DNA of 64,000 bases from Lachnospiraceae bacterium. Its GTDB lineage: Bacteria; Bacillota; Clostridia; Lachnospirales; Lachnospiraceae. The translations under genes and the position numbers were made by a program. Of this stretch, positions 29,922 to 39,968 are shown one piece after another. A model generated the notes under the pieces. The model was not told the DNA's origin. It saw only the letters and a list, made by a program, of their open reading frames with translations, and made no database searches. The stretch covers positions 5,045 through 69,044 of the forward strand of contig JAFSHK010000059.1 in the NCBI GenBank assembly GCA_017440375.1, in the 5' to 3' direction. Numbering within the stretch: position 1 is the stretch's first letter; every line of letters starts with the position of its first letter.

Positions 29922-32384
29922 CTAATTCTCAATTCCAAGAAGTCTTTTTGTCAATTTGACTGCATCTGCTGCATCTTTTGAATATCCGTCTGCACCAATT
30001 TCATCCGCATAATCCTGTGTAATAACAGCACCACCAATAATTACTTTTGCATCAACTTCTTTTTCTTTTGCATATTCAATGACATGTCGCATCTGCTGCA
30101 TAGTTGTTGTCATTAGCGCGGACAATGCAATCACCTGTGCATTGTACTCTTTTGCCTTTTCAATAATGACTTCTTTGGGAACATCTTTTCCTAAATCAAT
30201 CACATTAAAGCCATAATTTTTCAACATCAGTGCGACCAGATTCTTGCCTATATCATGAATATCACCTTCTACGGTTGCAATCACTACCGTAGGCATTTCT
30301 CCCTCTGAGGCATTTTGCATCAATAATGGTTCCAAATATTCTATGGAAGCTTTCATCGCCTCAGCACTGGCAATCAATTGTGGCAGGAAATATTTTCCTT
30401 TATCAAAAAGTTCGCCTACTTCGTTAATCCCCGGAAGCAATACTTCATCTAGCAATGCTTTTGGCTGATTGCCTTCTTCCACCGCTTTCTTGGTGTCTTC
30501 TACAATCGCTTTTATATTGCCTTTCAAGACATCATTATGAAGTTTGTCTCGAATCGAACCACTTGCCTGTTGTGACGCTTGTTTTCCTGTTATACGAATA
30601 CCGGAAGACTTTTGTGCTGCCTCTCCCAACGCTTCCCTTTTTTCTTTCACAACATCCATAAGCTCAATATAACGAATGTCTGCACCTTCCTTGTTCAGAA
30701 GCAAATCCGATGCAAATGCACAGCTTACTAAAAGTTCCTGTGAAGGATTCGCAATTGCCATCGTAAGACCGGCCTGAATTGCCATTGTAAGGAAAGTAGT
30801 ATTGACAAAACTTCTCTCCGGCAATCCAAAAGAGATATTAGACAAACCACAGGTTGTTGCAAGTCCGTTTGCCTTACAATAACGAATGGTTTCCAGTGTC
30901 TCTAATGCCGCTGTTTTATTCGCACCGACAGTCGCTACCAGTCCATCCACAATAATATCTTCCTTACGCATTCCCAGTTCAAAAGCGCGTTTCTCTATTT
31001 TTTCAATAATATCTATTTTTTCCTGCAAATCTTTCGGAAGACCTTCGTCAGATAACGGAAGTAAAATAAACATTGCACCGTATTTCTTTGCTATCGGCAT
31101 TAGCTGTTCAAACTTTGTCTTTTCATAAGAAATAGAGTTAATCAAAGCTCTGCCGGGATATCTTCTAAGTGCTGCTTCAATAACGTCCACATGACTAGAA
31201 TCAATTGATAACGGTAAACTGGTAAGTCCGCCGACCGTTTCCAATGCCTGTAACATCATTGCTTTTTCATCAATACCACTCATGCCCATATTGATATCTA
31301 GCACACTTGCTCCACAAGCTTCCTGTTCTTCTGCAAACTCAGAAACCAATTCCAACGAACCTTCCCGAAGCTGCGCCTGTAATTTCTTTTTACCGGTTGG
31401 ATTGATGCGTTCTCCTACAATAATAAAATTATCATTAAGTCCAAATGCAAGTGTCTTTCGTTCACTGGTAAGATACCGCATTCCTGTCGGTTCTCTATGA
31501 CGAATCTGCATATTACCGACCGATTCTTTCAGAGCTTTGATATAAGATGGCGCCGTTCCGCAACATCCACCGACAATAGAAGCACCTGCTTCTACAATCG
31601 CCTTCATTTCTTGTGCAAACTCTTCCTCTTTCATATCGTAGAAAGTGTTTCCATTTGCATCCAATGCCGGAAGTCCTGCATTTGGTTTCGCTATAATCGG
31701 TACCGTTGTCACATCTGCCATATCTTTGATGATGCTTACTAATTTATCCGGTCCGGTAGAACAGTTTGCACCAATTGCCGCAGCACCAAGACTTTGTAAT
31801 ACAATTGCTGCTGTTTGTGCATCCGTTCCATACAGGGTTCTGCCATCGCTTTCAAAAGTCACACTTGCCATAATCGGTAAGTCACAGACTTCTTTTGCCG
31901 CAATCAATGCTGCTCTGGTTTCTTGCAGACTCATCATCGTTTCTACTACCAGTAAGTCAACTCCGCCTTCTACCAGATAAGTAATCTGTTCTTTATAAAT
32001 AGACACTAACTCTTCAAAATCCATTTTTCCCATAGGTGCAAGCTGTTCACCGGTCATAGTAATATCTCCGGCGACAAGTGCTTTACCACCGGCGGCTTCT
32101 TTGGATGCCGCTACCAATTCATGGTTAATCTCTCGAATTTGTCCTTCTAACCCAAATTCTTTTAACTTAATACGATTAGCTGTAAAGGTCGGTGTATAAA
32201 GAATATTCGATCCTGCTTCTACATACTCTCTCTGTAAACCAATCAAAACTTCTTTATTTTCCAAAACCCATTTTTCCGGACAAGCTCCTGCAGGCATTCC
32301 TCTCTTTACCAGATTTGAACCGGTTGCACCATCTAAGAAAATCGGATTATCTTTTATTAACGCTTTAAATTCCTGCTTATTCAT
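29922..32384 (-). CDS. metH: Cobalamin-dependent methionine synthase without the AdoMet activation domain
   Basis: LDGATG, GANC, GGCCG (homocysteine domain); IVGERINPTG (pterin domain); DIHDIGKN B12 motif; ORF ends after the B12 domain. Confidence 0.88.
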   Translation of the reverse strand: MNKQEFKALIKDNPIFLDGATGSNLVKRGMPAGACPEKWVLENKEVLIGLQREYVEAGSNILYTPTFTANRIKLKEFGLEGQIREINHELVAASKEAAGGKALVAGDITMTGEQLAPMGKMDFEELVSIYKEQITYLVEGGVDLLVVETMMSLQETRAALIAAKEVCDLPIMASVTFESDGRTLYGTDAQTAAIVLQSLGAAAIGANCSTGPDKLVSIIKDMADVTTVPIIAKPNAGLPALDANGNTFYDMKEEEFAQEMKAIVEAGASIVGGCCGTAPSYIKALKESVGNMQIRHREPTGMRYLTSERKTLAFGLNDNFIIVGERINPTGKKKLQAQLREGSLELVSEFAEEQEACGASVLDINMGMSGIDEKAMMLQALETVGGLTSLPLSIDSSHVDVIEAALRRYPGRALINSISYEKTKFEQLMPIAKKYGAMFILLPLSDEGLPKDLQEKIDIIEKIEKRAFELGMRKEDIIVDGLVATVGANKTAALETLETIRYCKANGLATTCGLSNISFGLPERSFVNTTFLTMAIQAGLTMAIANPSQELLVSCAFASDLLLNKEGADIRYIELMDVVKEKREALGEAAQKSSGIRITGKQASQQASGSIRDKLHNDVLKGNIKAIVEDTKKAVEEGNQPKALLDEVLLPGINEVGELFDKGKYFLPQLIASAEAMKASIEYLEPLLMQNASEGEMPTVVIATVEGDIHDIGKNLVALMLKNYGFNVIDLGKDVPKEVIIEKAKEYNAQVIALSALMTTTMQQMRHVIEYAKEKEVDAKVIIGGAVITQDYADEIGADGYSKDAADAVKLTKRLLGIEN

Positions 32385-32967
32385 ATGTTTCTGTCATCTC
32401 CTCTACTGGCTCTGTTATTTCTTCACTTATGTTTTCTTCGCCTGTGTTTTCTTCAATTGTGTTTTCTTCCTTATTCAGATAACCTTCACCGAAAATTCCA
32501 TCCTCTTCTGTATAAGTAACTCCTTCTCCTTCAGGAATCTCTCCATGCAAAATCGTTACAATATATTGCAAACGAACATTGGCACGTTCATAATATTCTC
32601 TTGCCGCCTGCTCTGTATTAGCATCAAATGTTTCACCTTCGTATGCCGTATGAAATAGAGAAACGGCCTGTGTCATATTCTCACTGGCTTCATCCGCAAG
32701 GCTCTCTACTGCCGAAAATTCACTCGGTACTTCCAGACCTGCCATCCATGCAATCTCTGCATCTAACTGGTCCAGATAACCAAGAAGCTGTGTCACATAA
32801 CCTTCCTGATTTACATCAATCTCATTCATATTATTATGATATTCCGAGATATGATTGAAAAAAGTTGCCATATTTACCTGATATTCATCCATTGCTTCAT
32901 CTTTACCACAACCTACAAGCATCAAACCACACAATAAAGCAGAACATAATACCTTTATCTTTCTCAC
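32377..32967 (-). CDS. Putative lipoprotein, acidic
   Basis: GTG start at 32967 after GGAGG; signal peptide ending in the lipobox LVGC; stop overlaps the metH start. Confidence 0.7.
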   Translation of the reverse strand: MRKIKVLCSALLCGLMLVGCGKDEAMDEYQVNMATFFNHISEYHNNMNEIDVNQEGYVTQLLGYLDQLDAEIAWMAGLEVPSEFSAVESLADEASENMTQAVSLFHTAYEGETFDANTEQAAREYYERANVRLQYIVTILHGEIPEGEGVTYTEEDGIFGEGYLNKEENTIEENTGEENISEEITEPVEEMTETYE

Positions 32968-33023
32968 TGATTCTTCCTCCAAAATATACTTATCTAAAAA
33001 TGTATCATAAACGACTATTTTTA

Positions 33024-33752
33024 TCAAGCAAGAGCCATTAAGATGAGTTCGTAAATAACCGGAACGATAAGTGCCGGTAGCATATTTCCTACTTTCACTT
33101 TTTTATCCCATATCAAATTCACGCCTACACCGAAGATAAGCGCCGAACCTACTAGCGACAGACTTGCTATCATGGAATCCGTCATATAAGGTGCAATAAA
33201 AACCGCCAAAAGCGTAATCGCTCCTTGGTAAATCCCAAGCGGTAATACAGAAAACATGACACCGATTCCCATGGTAGAAGCGAAAACTACTGTAATAATA
33301 AAGTCTAATATGGATTTCGATAACAGCATACTATAATCACCTGTCAATCCATCTTGAATCGAACCTACAACTGCCATCGCACCAATACATATAACCAAGG
33401 AAGCTGTTACAAAGCCATCTACAAAACGATTATCATTCTGCGACTTAACCATTCCTTTGATTTTTTCACCCGCATTGTCCAGCTTTTGTTCAATATCTAT
33501 CCACTCTCCAACAAAACCACCAATGACAAGTGAACAAATAAGCAACAATGTTCCTTGTGTCTGTATACCCTCTTCGGTCACCACCAGCATATTTTGCAAA
33601 GTACCGCTAATACCGATAAACAAGGTTGCAAGACCGCATGCCTGCACCAGAATATTTTGTAGCTTTTCCTTCATACCGCCTTTAATCAAAATACCTATTG
33701 AACTTCCTGCCAAAACAGCTATGATATTGATAATTGTTCCGAGACCCTTCAT
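33024..33752 (-). CDS. DUF554-family membrane protein
   Basis: GTIINIIAVLAGSSIG, GFVTASLVICIGAMAVVGSIQDG, KSILD, GNMLPAL. Confidence 0.85.
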   Translation of the reverse strand: MKGLGTIINIIAVLAGSSIGILIKGGMKEKLQNILVQACGLATLFIGISGTLQNMLVVTEEGIQTQGTLLLICSLVIGGFVGEWIDIEQKLDNAGEKIKGMVKSQNDNRFVDGFVTASLVICIGAMAVVGSIQDGLTGDYSMLLSKSILDFIITVVFASTMGIGVMFSVLPLGIYQGAITLLAVFIAPYMTDSMIASLSLVGSALIFGVGVNLIWDKKVKVGNMLPALIVPVIYELILMALA

Positions 33753-33821
33753 TTATGTAACCATACTTTCTAAGTAATATCTTCGTCAAATCACTACCTT
33801 CCGTTATACCATAGAAACAAC

Positions 33822-33850
33822 AAAAAAGCCACATCTTTCGACGTAGCTTT
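33822..33850 (-). terminator. Intrinsic terminator after upp
   Basis: Minus strand AAAGCTACGTC-GAAA-GATGTGGCTTTTTT. Confidence 0.75.
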
Positions 33851-33877
33851 ATAATTTATGATTGCTTTATTATTCAA

Positions 33878-34507
33878 CTATTTTGTTCCGAAAATTCTAT
33901 CTCCGGCATCACCAAGCCCCGGACAAATATATGCGTGGTCATTCAGACAACGGTCAAGATGTCCAACATAAATTTGAATATCCGGATGTGCCTTCTGCAA
34001 TTTTTCCAAGCCTTCCGGTGCCGCAATAATACACATAAATTTAATATTTTTGCCACCATGCTGTTTGATAAAATCAACTGCAGCAATCGCCGAACCACCG
34101 GTTGCTAACATCGGATCAACAACAACAATTGTTCTCTGTTCGATTGGTTCCGGCAATTTACAATAATATTCATGCGGTTCGTGCGTCTCCGGATCACGAT
34201 ATAATCCGATATGTCCAACTTTAGCATTCGGTACAAGTGCCAGAATACCGTTTACCATACCAAGTCCGGCACGTAAAATCGGTACTACTGCCATTTTTTT
34301 GCCCGCAATCTTAGGCGTCATACAAGTTTCAATCGGTGTTTTTACTTCAACATCTTCTAATGGTAAATCCCGAAGAGCTTCATACCCCATTAACATAGCG
34401 ATTTCTTCAATGCAGTTGCGAAATTCATTCGTTCCTGTTTGTTCATCTCGGATGTGTGAAATCTTATGCTGAATCAGTGGATGTTCCATAATAAATACAT
34501 TTTCCAT
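33878..34507 (-). CDS. upp: Uracil phosphoribosyltransferase
   Basis: [40 protein letters not shown]. Start 34507. Confidence 0.95.
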   Translation of the reverse strand: MENVFIMEHPLIQHKISHIRDEQTGTNEFRNCIEEIAMLMGYEALRDLPLEDVEVKTPIETCMTPKIAGKKMAVVPILRAGLGMVNGILALVPNAKVGHIGLYRDPETHEPHEYYCKLPEPIEQRTIVVVDPMLATGGSAIAAVDFIKQHGGKNIKFMCIIAAPEGLEKLQKAHPDIQIYVGHLDRCLNDHAYICPGLGDAGDRIFGTK

Positions 34508-34581
34508 TTTGTACCTTCTTCCTCTTACGCTTTGTAATATATATCTCATAAATTTATTTGTTTATGAGATACTATATAAAA

Positions 34582-34610
34582 ATACTAATTATATTTTGAA
34601 AGTAAGTCAA
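34582..34610 (-). promoter_or_regulatory. Sigma-A promoter for upp
   Basis: Minus strand TTGACT-N17-TAGTAT. Confidence 0.5.
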
Positions 34611-34657
34611 TACATTTCCTAAATTCATTTCAAATAATTCATTCAGAAATAATTATG

Positions 34658-34686
34658 TTGCAAAAAGCACCTATAATTTTTATAAT
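34658..34686 (+). promoter_or_regulatory. Sigma-A promoter for uraA
   Basis: TTGCAA-N17-TATAAT. Confidence 0.7.
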
Positions 34687-34728
34687 TGGTATGAAATATT
34701 TTCATATGATAAAGGAGGAGAAATATCT

Positions 34729-36117
34729 ATGAGTGAAAAAAGCGAAGCAATTCGTGATGCCAAAGCACTCGGCATGCCCAAAATTCTTTTACTTGGTTTA
34801 CAGCATATGTTTGCCATGTTCGGTGCAACCGTTTTAGTTCCGATTCTTGTAAACAACTATTTTCATGGTGAGGGATTGTCTATTCAGGTTACTCTCTTTT
34901 TCGCCGGTATCGGAACCTTATTTTTCCATGTATGTTCCAAATTGAAAATACCTGCTTTCTTAGGTTCATCCTTTGCCTTTCTCGGCGGTTTTGCCACCGT
35001 CGCAGAATTAGATACCGGTATTTTTGCCAACATGACTTATGGCGAAAAGCTGCCTTATGCTTGTGGTGGTATTGTAGTTGCCGGTTTACTTTATCTGGTG
35101 CTTGCACTGATTATTAAACTGGTTGGTATTAACCGCGTTATGCGTTTCCTGCCACCGGTTGTAACAGGTCCGATTATTATCTGTATCGGTTTAAGCCTTG
35201 CACCTTCTGCAGTAAGCAACGCTTCTACTAACTGGTTTTTAGCAATCGTTGCTCTTGCTGTTATTATTATCTTCAATATCTGGGGAAAAGGTATGTGGAA
35301 GATTATTCCAATCCTGATGGGTGTTGTTATTTCTTATGTAGTTGCCATTATTATGAATGCACTTGGATTTACAAATCCGGACGGAAGTGTAATTCTTGAT
35401 TTCACAAGTGTAGCAAGCTCCAGTATAGTAGGACTTCCACCATTTGAAATTTGCAAGTTTGATCTTACCGCAATCTTAGTTATGGCTCCAATTGCACTGG
35501 CTACTATGATGGAACATATCGGTGATATTTCCGCTATTTCCGCAACCGTTGGTTCAAACTTTATTAAAGACCCAGGACTGCATCGTACCTTAATCGGAGA
35601 TGGTCTTGCGACCTCTCTCTCTGCTATGTTTGGTGGTCCTGCTAATACAACATATGGCGAAAATACCGGTGTATTAGAGCTTAGTCGTGTTTATGACCCG
35701 AAGGTAATCCGTCTGGCTGCTATCTATGCGGTTATCCTCAGTTTCATTCCAAAGATGGCTGCTATAATTGCATCTTTACCCACAGCAATTATTGGTGGAA
35801 TTAGCTTTATCCTTTACGGAATGATTTCTGCTATCGGTGTTCGTAACATAGTGGAAAACAAAGTAGACTTTACTAAGTCCAGAAACTTGATTATTGCTGC
35901 TGTTATTTTAGTATGCGGACTTGGATTCTCCGGTGGACTTACTTTTACAATCGGTGGCACTTCCATTACTTTGACTTCCCTCGCAATCGCTGCTATTGCA
36001 GGTATCGTTTTAAATGCGATTCTGCCGGGCAACGATTATACATTTGGTGAAAATCCATCCGGCGATATTAACAGAGGTGTTTCTTTCAATCCTCAGCCGG
36101 AAAAAAAATCGAAATAA
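34729..36117 (+). CDS. uraA: Uracil permease (NCS2 family)
   Basis: GLQHMFAMFGATVLVP, FLGSSFAF, EHIGD, TTYGEN; AGGAGG RBS. Confidence 0.9.
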   Translation: MSEKSEAIRDAKALGMPKILLLGLQHMFAMFGATVLVPILVNNYFHGEGLSIQVTLFFAGIGTLFFHVCSKLKIPAFLGSSFAFLGGFATVAELDTGIFANMTYGEKLPYACGGIVVAGLLYLVLALIIKLVGINRVMRFLPPVVTGPIIICIGLSLAPSAVSNASTNWFLAIVALAVIIIFNIWGKGMWKIIPILMGVVISYVVAIIMNALGFTNPDGSVILDFTSVASSSIVGLPPFEICKFDLTAILVMAPIALATMMEHIGDISAISATVGSNFIKDPGLHRTLIGDGLATSLSAMFGGPANTTYGENTGVLELSRVYDPKVIRLAAIYAVILSFIPKMAAIIASLPTAIIGGISFILYGMISAIGVRNIVENKVDFTKSRNLIIAAVILVCGLGFSGGLTFTIGGTSITLTSLAIAAIAGIVLNAILPGNDYTFGENPSGDINRGVSFNPQPEKKSK

Positions 36118-36147
36118 TTTACTTCGATTCAACTTTATACACATACT

Positions 36148-36200
36148 AAAAATGCATCTCTATATGTCAGTTTTTATCTGACATTCGAGATGCATTTTTT
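36148..36200. terminator. Bidirectional terminator between uraA and cadA
   Basis: AAAAATGCATCTC...GAGATGCATTTTT with an inner ATGTCAG/CTGACAT stem. Confidence 0.75.
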
Positions 36201-36240
36201 ACTAAAACTAATCTTTTTTAATTTAACACCTTACAATGTT

Positions 36241-38118
36241 TCAACCAGTTTTTTTGGTATTCAAAGCTCTCATAGCATTTAAAACGGCAATCACCATAAC
36301 ACCAACGTCCGCGAAGATGGCTGCCCACATATTTGCTATACCAAGTGCACCAAGTAATAGGCACAGCCCTTTTATTACAAGAGCAAAAACAATATTTTGA
36401 TATACAATCCGAATACATTTTCTGGAAATACGGATTGCTAATGCAATCTTCGCCGGATCATCATCCATAAGAACAACATCTGCCGCTTCGATGGCTGCAT
36501 CCGAACCCATTGCACCCATTGCAATACCAATATCTGCTCTTGTTAAAACAGGCGCATCGTTAATACCATCACCAACAAAAGCAAGTTTCGCTTTTGCATC
36601 CTTTTCATCCAGATACTTCTCTACCAAAGATACCTTGTCTGCCGGAAGGAGCTCACTGTGTATTTCATCTAATCCAAGCTCTTTACCAACCGCATCTGCT
36701 ACCTTTTTATTATCTCCGGTTAACATGATGGTCTTTTTCACCCCATTTTGTTTCAGGGAAGAAATAGCACTCTTTGCATTTTTCTTTGTCACATCAGCAA
36801 TCAAAATACTACCGATAAATTCATTTTCCAATGCAACATATACAATCGTTCCAGGCTCTTTGCACTCTGTATAAGTGATTCGAAGCTTCTGCATCAATTT
36901 CGCATTACCAACAGCTGCTTCTCTGCCATTAATCTTCGCTGTTACACCATGTCCTGCAATCTCCTCAATATCGGTTACTTGCTCTGTATTTAATTCCTTT
37001 GTGCACGCTTCCTTCAGGCTTTTGCTGATTGGATGAGAGGAATAACTTTCTGCCAAAGCAGCAATCGTTAACAAATACTCTTCTGCAATTTTCTCTGTCT
37101 CCGGAAATACTTTATTTACTTTGAATACACCTTCTGTTAGTGTACCTGTCTTATCAAACACAACATAAGATGTCTCCGATAAAGCTTCCAGATAATTAGA
37201 ACCCTTCACTAAAATGCCACATTTCGATGCACCACCGATTCCGCCAAAAAAGCTCATCGGTATGGAAATAACAAGGGCACACGGACAACTGATAACAAGG
37301 AAAGTCAAAGCTCGAAATACCCAGTCGGACCAGGCCGGTTCCATCTGTAAGAAAAACATTCTCACAAGCGGCGGTAAAATGGCAAGTGCCACTGCACCAT
37401 AACAGACTGCCGGAGTGTAAATCTTAGCAAATTTAGAAATAAAATTCTCAGAACGTGATTTCTTCATACTGGAATTTTCTACCAAATCCAAAATCTTGCT
37501 GACCGTAGATTCTCCAAATGCCTTTGTTGTCTGAATTTTCAAAAGTCCAGTCATATTCACACAACCGCTGATAATTTCATCGCCTTCACTTACATCTCTA
37601 GGAACGCTTTCACCGGTAAGTGCACTTGTATTTAACGTAGAGCTTCCTTCGATTACCTTACCATCAATCGGAACTTTCTCACCCGGTTGCACAACAATGA
37701 TGCTGCCTACTGCAATATCATCCGGATCAACCTGTTCTAATTTACCGTCTACTTCAATATTGGCGTAATCCGGTCGAATATCCATCAGTGCTGAAATATT
37801 TTTACGACTCTTTCCTACCGCGTAACTTTGGAATAATTCACCAATCTGGTAGAAAAGCATTACCGCAACACCTTCGGAATAGTCCCCCAAACAAATGGCA
37901 CCTACTGTCGCAACCGCCATCAAAAAGTTTTCATCAAAAACTTCTCCATGTACAATACCAAGAATGGCTTTTCGCAAAATATCATATCCAATAATGAAAT
38001 ACGGAATCATATAAAGCGCAAATGCCACCCACCCCGATATTGGCATAAATTTAAGCACAATCAATAATACAAATGCTATGATAATTCGAATTAAGACTTT
38101 CTTCTGTTTCTTTGTCAT
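36241..38118 (-). CDS. cadA: Heavy-metal (Zn/Cd/Co) P1B-type ATPase
   Basis: DENFLM, TGES, SCPCAL, DKTGT, HP, GDGINDAP, FADVG; no N-terminal HMA domain. Confidence 0.88.
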   Translation of the reverse strand: MTKKQKKVLIRIIIAFVLLIVLKFMPISGWVAFALYMIPYFIIGYDILRKAILGIVHGEVFDENFLMAVATVGAICLGDYSEGVAVMLFYQIGELFQSYAVGKSRKNISALMDIRPDYANIEVDGKLEQVDPDDIAVGSIIVVQPGEKVPIDGKVIEGSSTLNTSALTGESVPRDVSEGDEIISGCVNMTGLLKIQTTKAFGESTVSKILDLVENSSMKKSRSENFISKFAKIYTPAVCYGAVALAILPPLVRMFFLQMEPAWSDWVFRALTFLVISCPCALVISIPMSFFGGIGGASKCGILVKGSNYLEALSETSYVVFDKTGTLTEGVFKVNKVFPETEKIAEEYLLTIAALAESYSSHPISKSLKEACTKELNTEQVTDIEEIAGHGVTAKINGREAAVGNAKLMQKLRITYTECKEPGTIVYVALENEFIGSILIADVTKKNAKSAISSLKQNGVKKTIMLTGDNKKVADAVGKELGLDEIHSELLPADKVSLVEKYLDEKDAKAKLAFVGDGINDAPVLTRADIGIAMGAMGSDAAIEAADVVLMDDDPAKIALAIRISRKCIRIVYQNIVFALVIKGLCLLLGALGIANMWAAIFADVGVMVIAVLNAMRALNTKKTG

Positions 38119-38161
38119 TTTACCGTCCTACCTCTTTTATCTGCTTTCTGAAACTTACTTT

Positions 38162-38380
38162 CTAAAACTCAATTTCACAATCCGGCTCCACTTTCTTACA
38201 TGCCTTTAAAACATTTTTCATGACAGCTTTCTCATCTGCCCCCTCTACAAATTCCACTTTCATTTTCTGAGCCATAAAGCTTACTGTTGCATTTGCAACA
38301 CCTTCTGTATTCTTTGCTGCATCCTCCATTTTGGCTGCACAATTTGCACAATCTACCTCGATTTTATAAGATTTGTTCAT
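38162..38380 (-). CDS. Stand-alone heavy-metal-associated (HMA) domain protein
   Basis: VDCANCAAKME CxxC motif, 72 aa. Confidence 0.88.
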   Translation of the reverse strand: MNKSYKIEVDCANCAAKMEDAAKNTEGVANATVSFMAQKMKVEFVEGADEKAVMKNVLKACKKVEPDCEIEF

Positions 38381-38420
38381 GATTTTTCTCTCCTTTTTTC
38401 TTAATTTGTTAATTTTTACA

Positions 38421-38795
38421 CTATTCTTCTACATGTTCCATTCCCATACTGATAATTTCTCTAACATGTTCATCGTCCAGTGAATAAAAAACGGACTTTC
38501 CTTCACGCCTGAATTTTACCAGTTTGGAAGTTTTCAAAATTCGAAGCTGGTGACTTACCGATGATTGACTTAAGTTTAGCAGTCTTGCAATATCATATAC
38601 ACACAACTCTGTTTCAAATAAAGAATATAAAATCTTGATTCGTGTGGAATCACCAAACACTTTGAAGAGTTCTGCTAAATCATATAAGATTTCATCCGCA
38701 GGCTGTTGCTCTAAAACTTTTTTCACCACATCTTCTCTGGCGGCCAGAAATTCACCTTCCGGAATATCCAGTTGTTTTTCTTCTTTGTTAACCAT
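38421..38795 (-). CDS. ArsR/SmtB-family metal-responsive repressor
   Basis: LAELFKVFGDSTRIKIL, ELCVYD, SHQLRILK, DDEHV...EHVEE. Confidence 0.92.
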   Translation of the reverse strand: MVNKEEKQLDIPEGEFLAAREDVVKKVLEQQPADEILYDLAELFKVFGDSTRIKILYSLFETELCVYDIARLLNLSQSSVSHQLRILKTSKLVKFRREGKSVFYSLDDEHVREIISMGMEHVEE

Positions 38796-38856
38796 TCAAT
38801 CCCTCCCTTCATACTTAACTTATGTTGTCTTTCACTTCATATTTTCTCTCACTTTT

Positions 38857-38912
38857 TATACATATGTTCATCTGTTCATATGTATAATATTCTATTTCGA
38901 GGTATATGTCAA
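38857..38912 (-). promoter_or_regulatory. Promoter and ArsR/SmtB operator of the metal-efflux operon
   Basis: TTGACA-N17-TATTAT (38912-38884), overlapped by the palindrome TATACATATG-N10-CATATGTATA (38857-38886), which resembles CzrA/CadC operators. Confidence 0.75.
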
Positions 38913-38933
38913 TACTGTTATATATTTTTCTAC

Positions 38934-38972
38934 AAAAAAAACCTTGAAACAGACATTTGGGTCTGCCTCAAG
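38934..38972 (-). terminator. Intrinsic terminator after dus
   Basis: Minus strand CTTGAGGCAGAC-CCAAAT-GTCTGTTTCAAG followed by G and a long T-tract. Confidence 0.7.
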
Positions 38973-39013
38973 ATTCATAATTTAAGTCTCTTAATTTAAT
39001 TTTACCACATCCG

Positions 39014-39967
39014 TTAGACTACCTCTTCCACAATCTCCTGTTCCCTGAAAAGGCTGGCAACTATCTGCTCATACTCACGAATGCGCTCCGTTTTTCGTAT
39101 TTTCTTACAATACCTATCGGATTCTGTAAAAATACAGCTTAAATAAGTCCATAACTCTTTCATTTTGAATAAAACATTTTTATCTCCAGAAATGACCTTG
39201 CTATAATCCTGCAAAATCTGATTATGAAACGCATATAGACGTTGTTTCGCATTTTCAGGATGTTCTTCCAATAACATAGGATTTGCAATCACACCACGTC
39301 CAAGCATTATTGCAGACATTTTCATAGGTGCAGTTGCAAATCGTTTCTGGATTTTCTGTGCCTCTTCCTTCGTAAAAATATCGCCATTATAACAGGTCGG
39401 ATTTTTACTGTTTGTTAGTGCCATCTCAAACACATTAAGATTCGGCTTATTTTTATAGAAATCTTCTCGTACACGCGGATGAATAATCAATTCTTTGATT
39501 GGATATTTGTTATAAATAGCAAGCAACTGTTCAAACTCTTCCGGACCGCTCATACCGATACGGGTTTTGATTGAAATCTCGGTTACTGCCTCTGTATAAA
39601 TTTTCTCCAGAAAGATATCCAGTTCCTGCGGCACCGACAAAAAGCCTGCTCCTTTTTTTCGAGAAACTACCGTTCCAGAAGGGCAGCCAAGATTTAAGTT
39701 AATCTCCTGATATCCCATTGCCTTCAAATCTTTTGCTGTTCTTATAAAATCCTCTGCATTGTTTGTCAGAAGCTGTGGCACAACATACATACCTTCATTG
39801 TGCTCCGGCAAAATATCATTTAATTCCCTTGCGTTGAAACTTCTTTTCGTATGGGTTTCAATAAAAGGTGTAAAATATTTATCCATCGGTGTGAAATACT
39901 GATGGTATGCATTGCGATAAATATAGCCCGTAATTCCTTCCAATGGCGCAAGATAGTACTGACTCAT
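39014..39967 (-). CDS. tRNA-dihydrouridine synthase family protein
   Basis: LAPLEGIT, NLNLGCP, IKTRIG, IHPR, NGDI, MLGRG. Start 39967. Confidence 0.88.
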   Translation of the reverse strand: MSQYYLAPLEGITGYIYRNAYHQYFTPMDKYFTPFIETHTKRSFNARELNDILPEHNEGMYVVPQLLTNNAEDFIRTAKDLKAMGYQEINLNLGCPSGTVVSRKKGAGFLSVPQELDIFLEKIYTEAVTEISIKTRIGMSGPEEFEQLLAIYNKYPIKELIIHPRVREDFYKNKPNLNVFEMALTNSKNPTCYNGDIFTKEEAQKIQKRFATAPMKMSAIMLGRGVIANPMLLEEHPENAKQRLYAFHNQILQDYSKVISGDKNVLFKMKELWTYLSCIFTESDRYCKKIRKTERIREYEQIVASLFREQEIVEEVV

Positions 39968-39968
39968 A

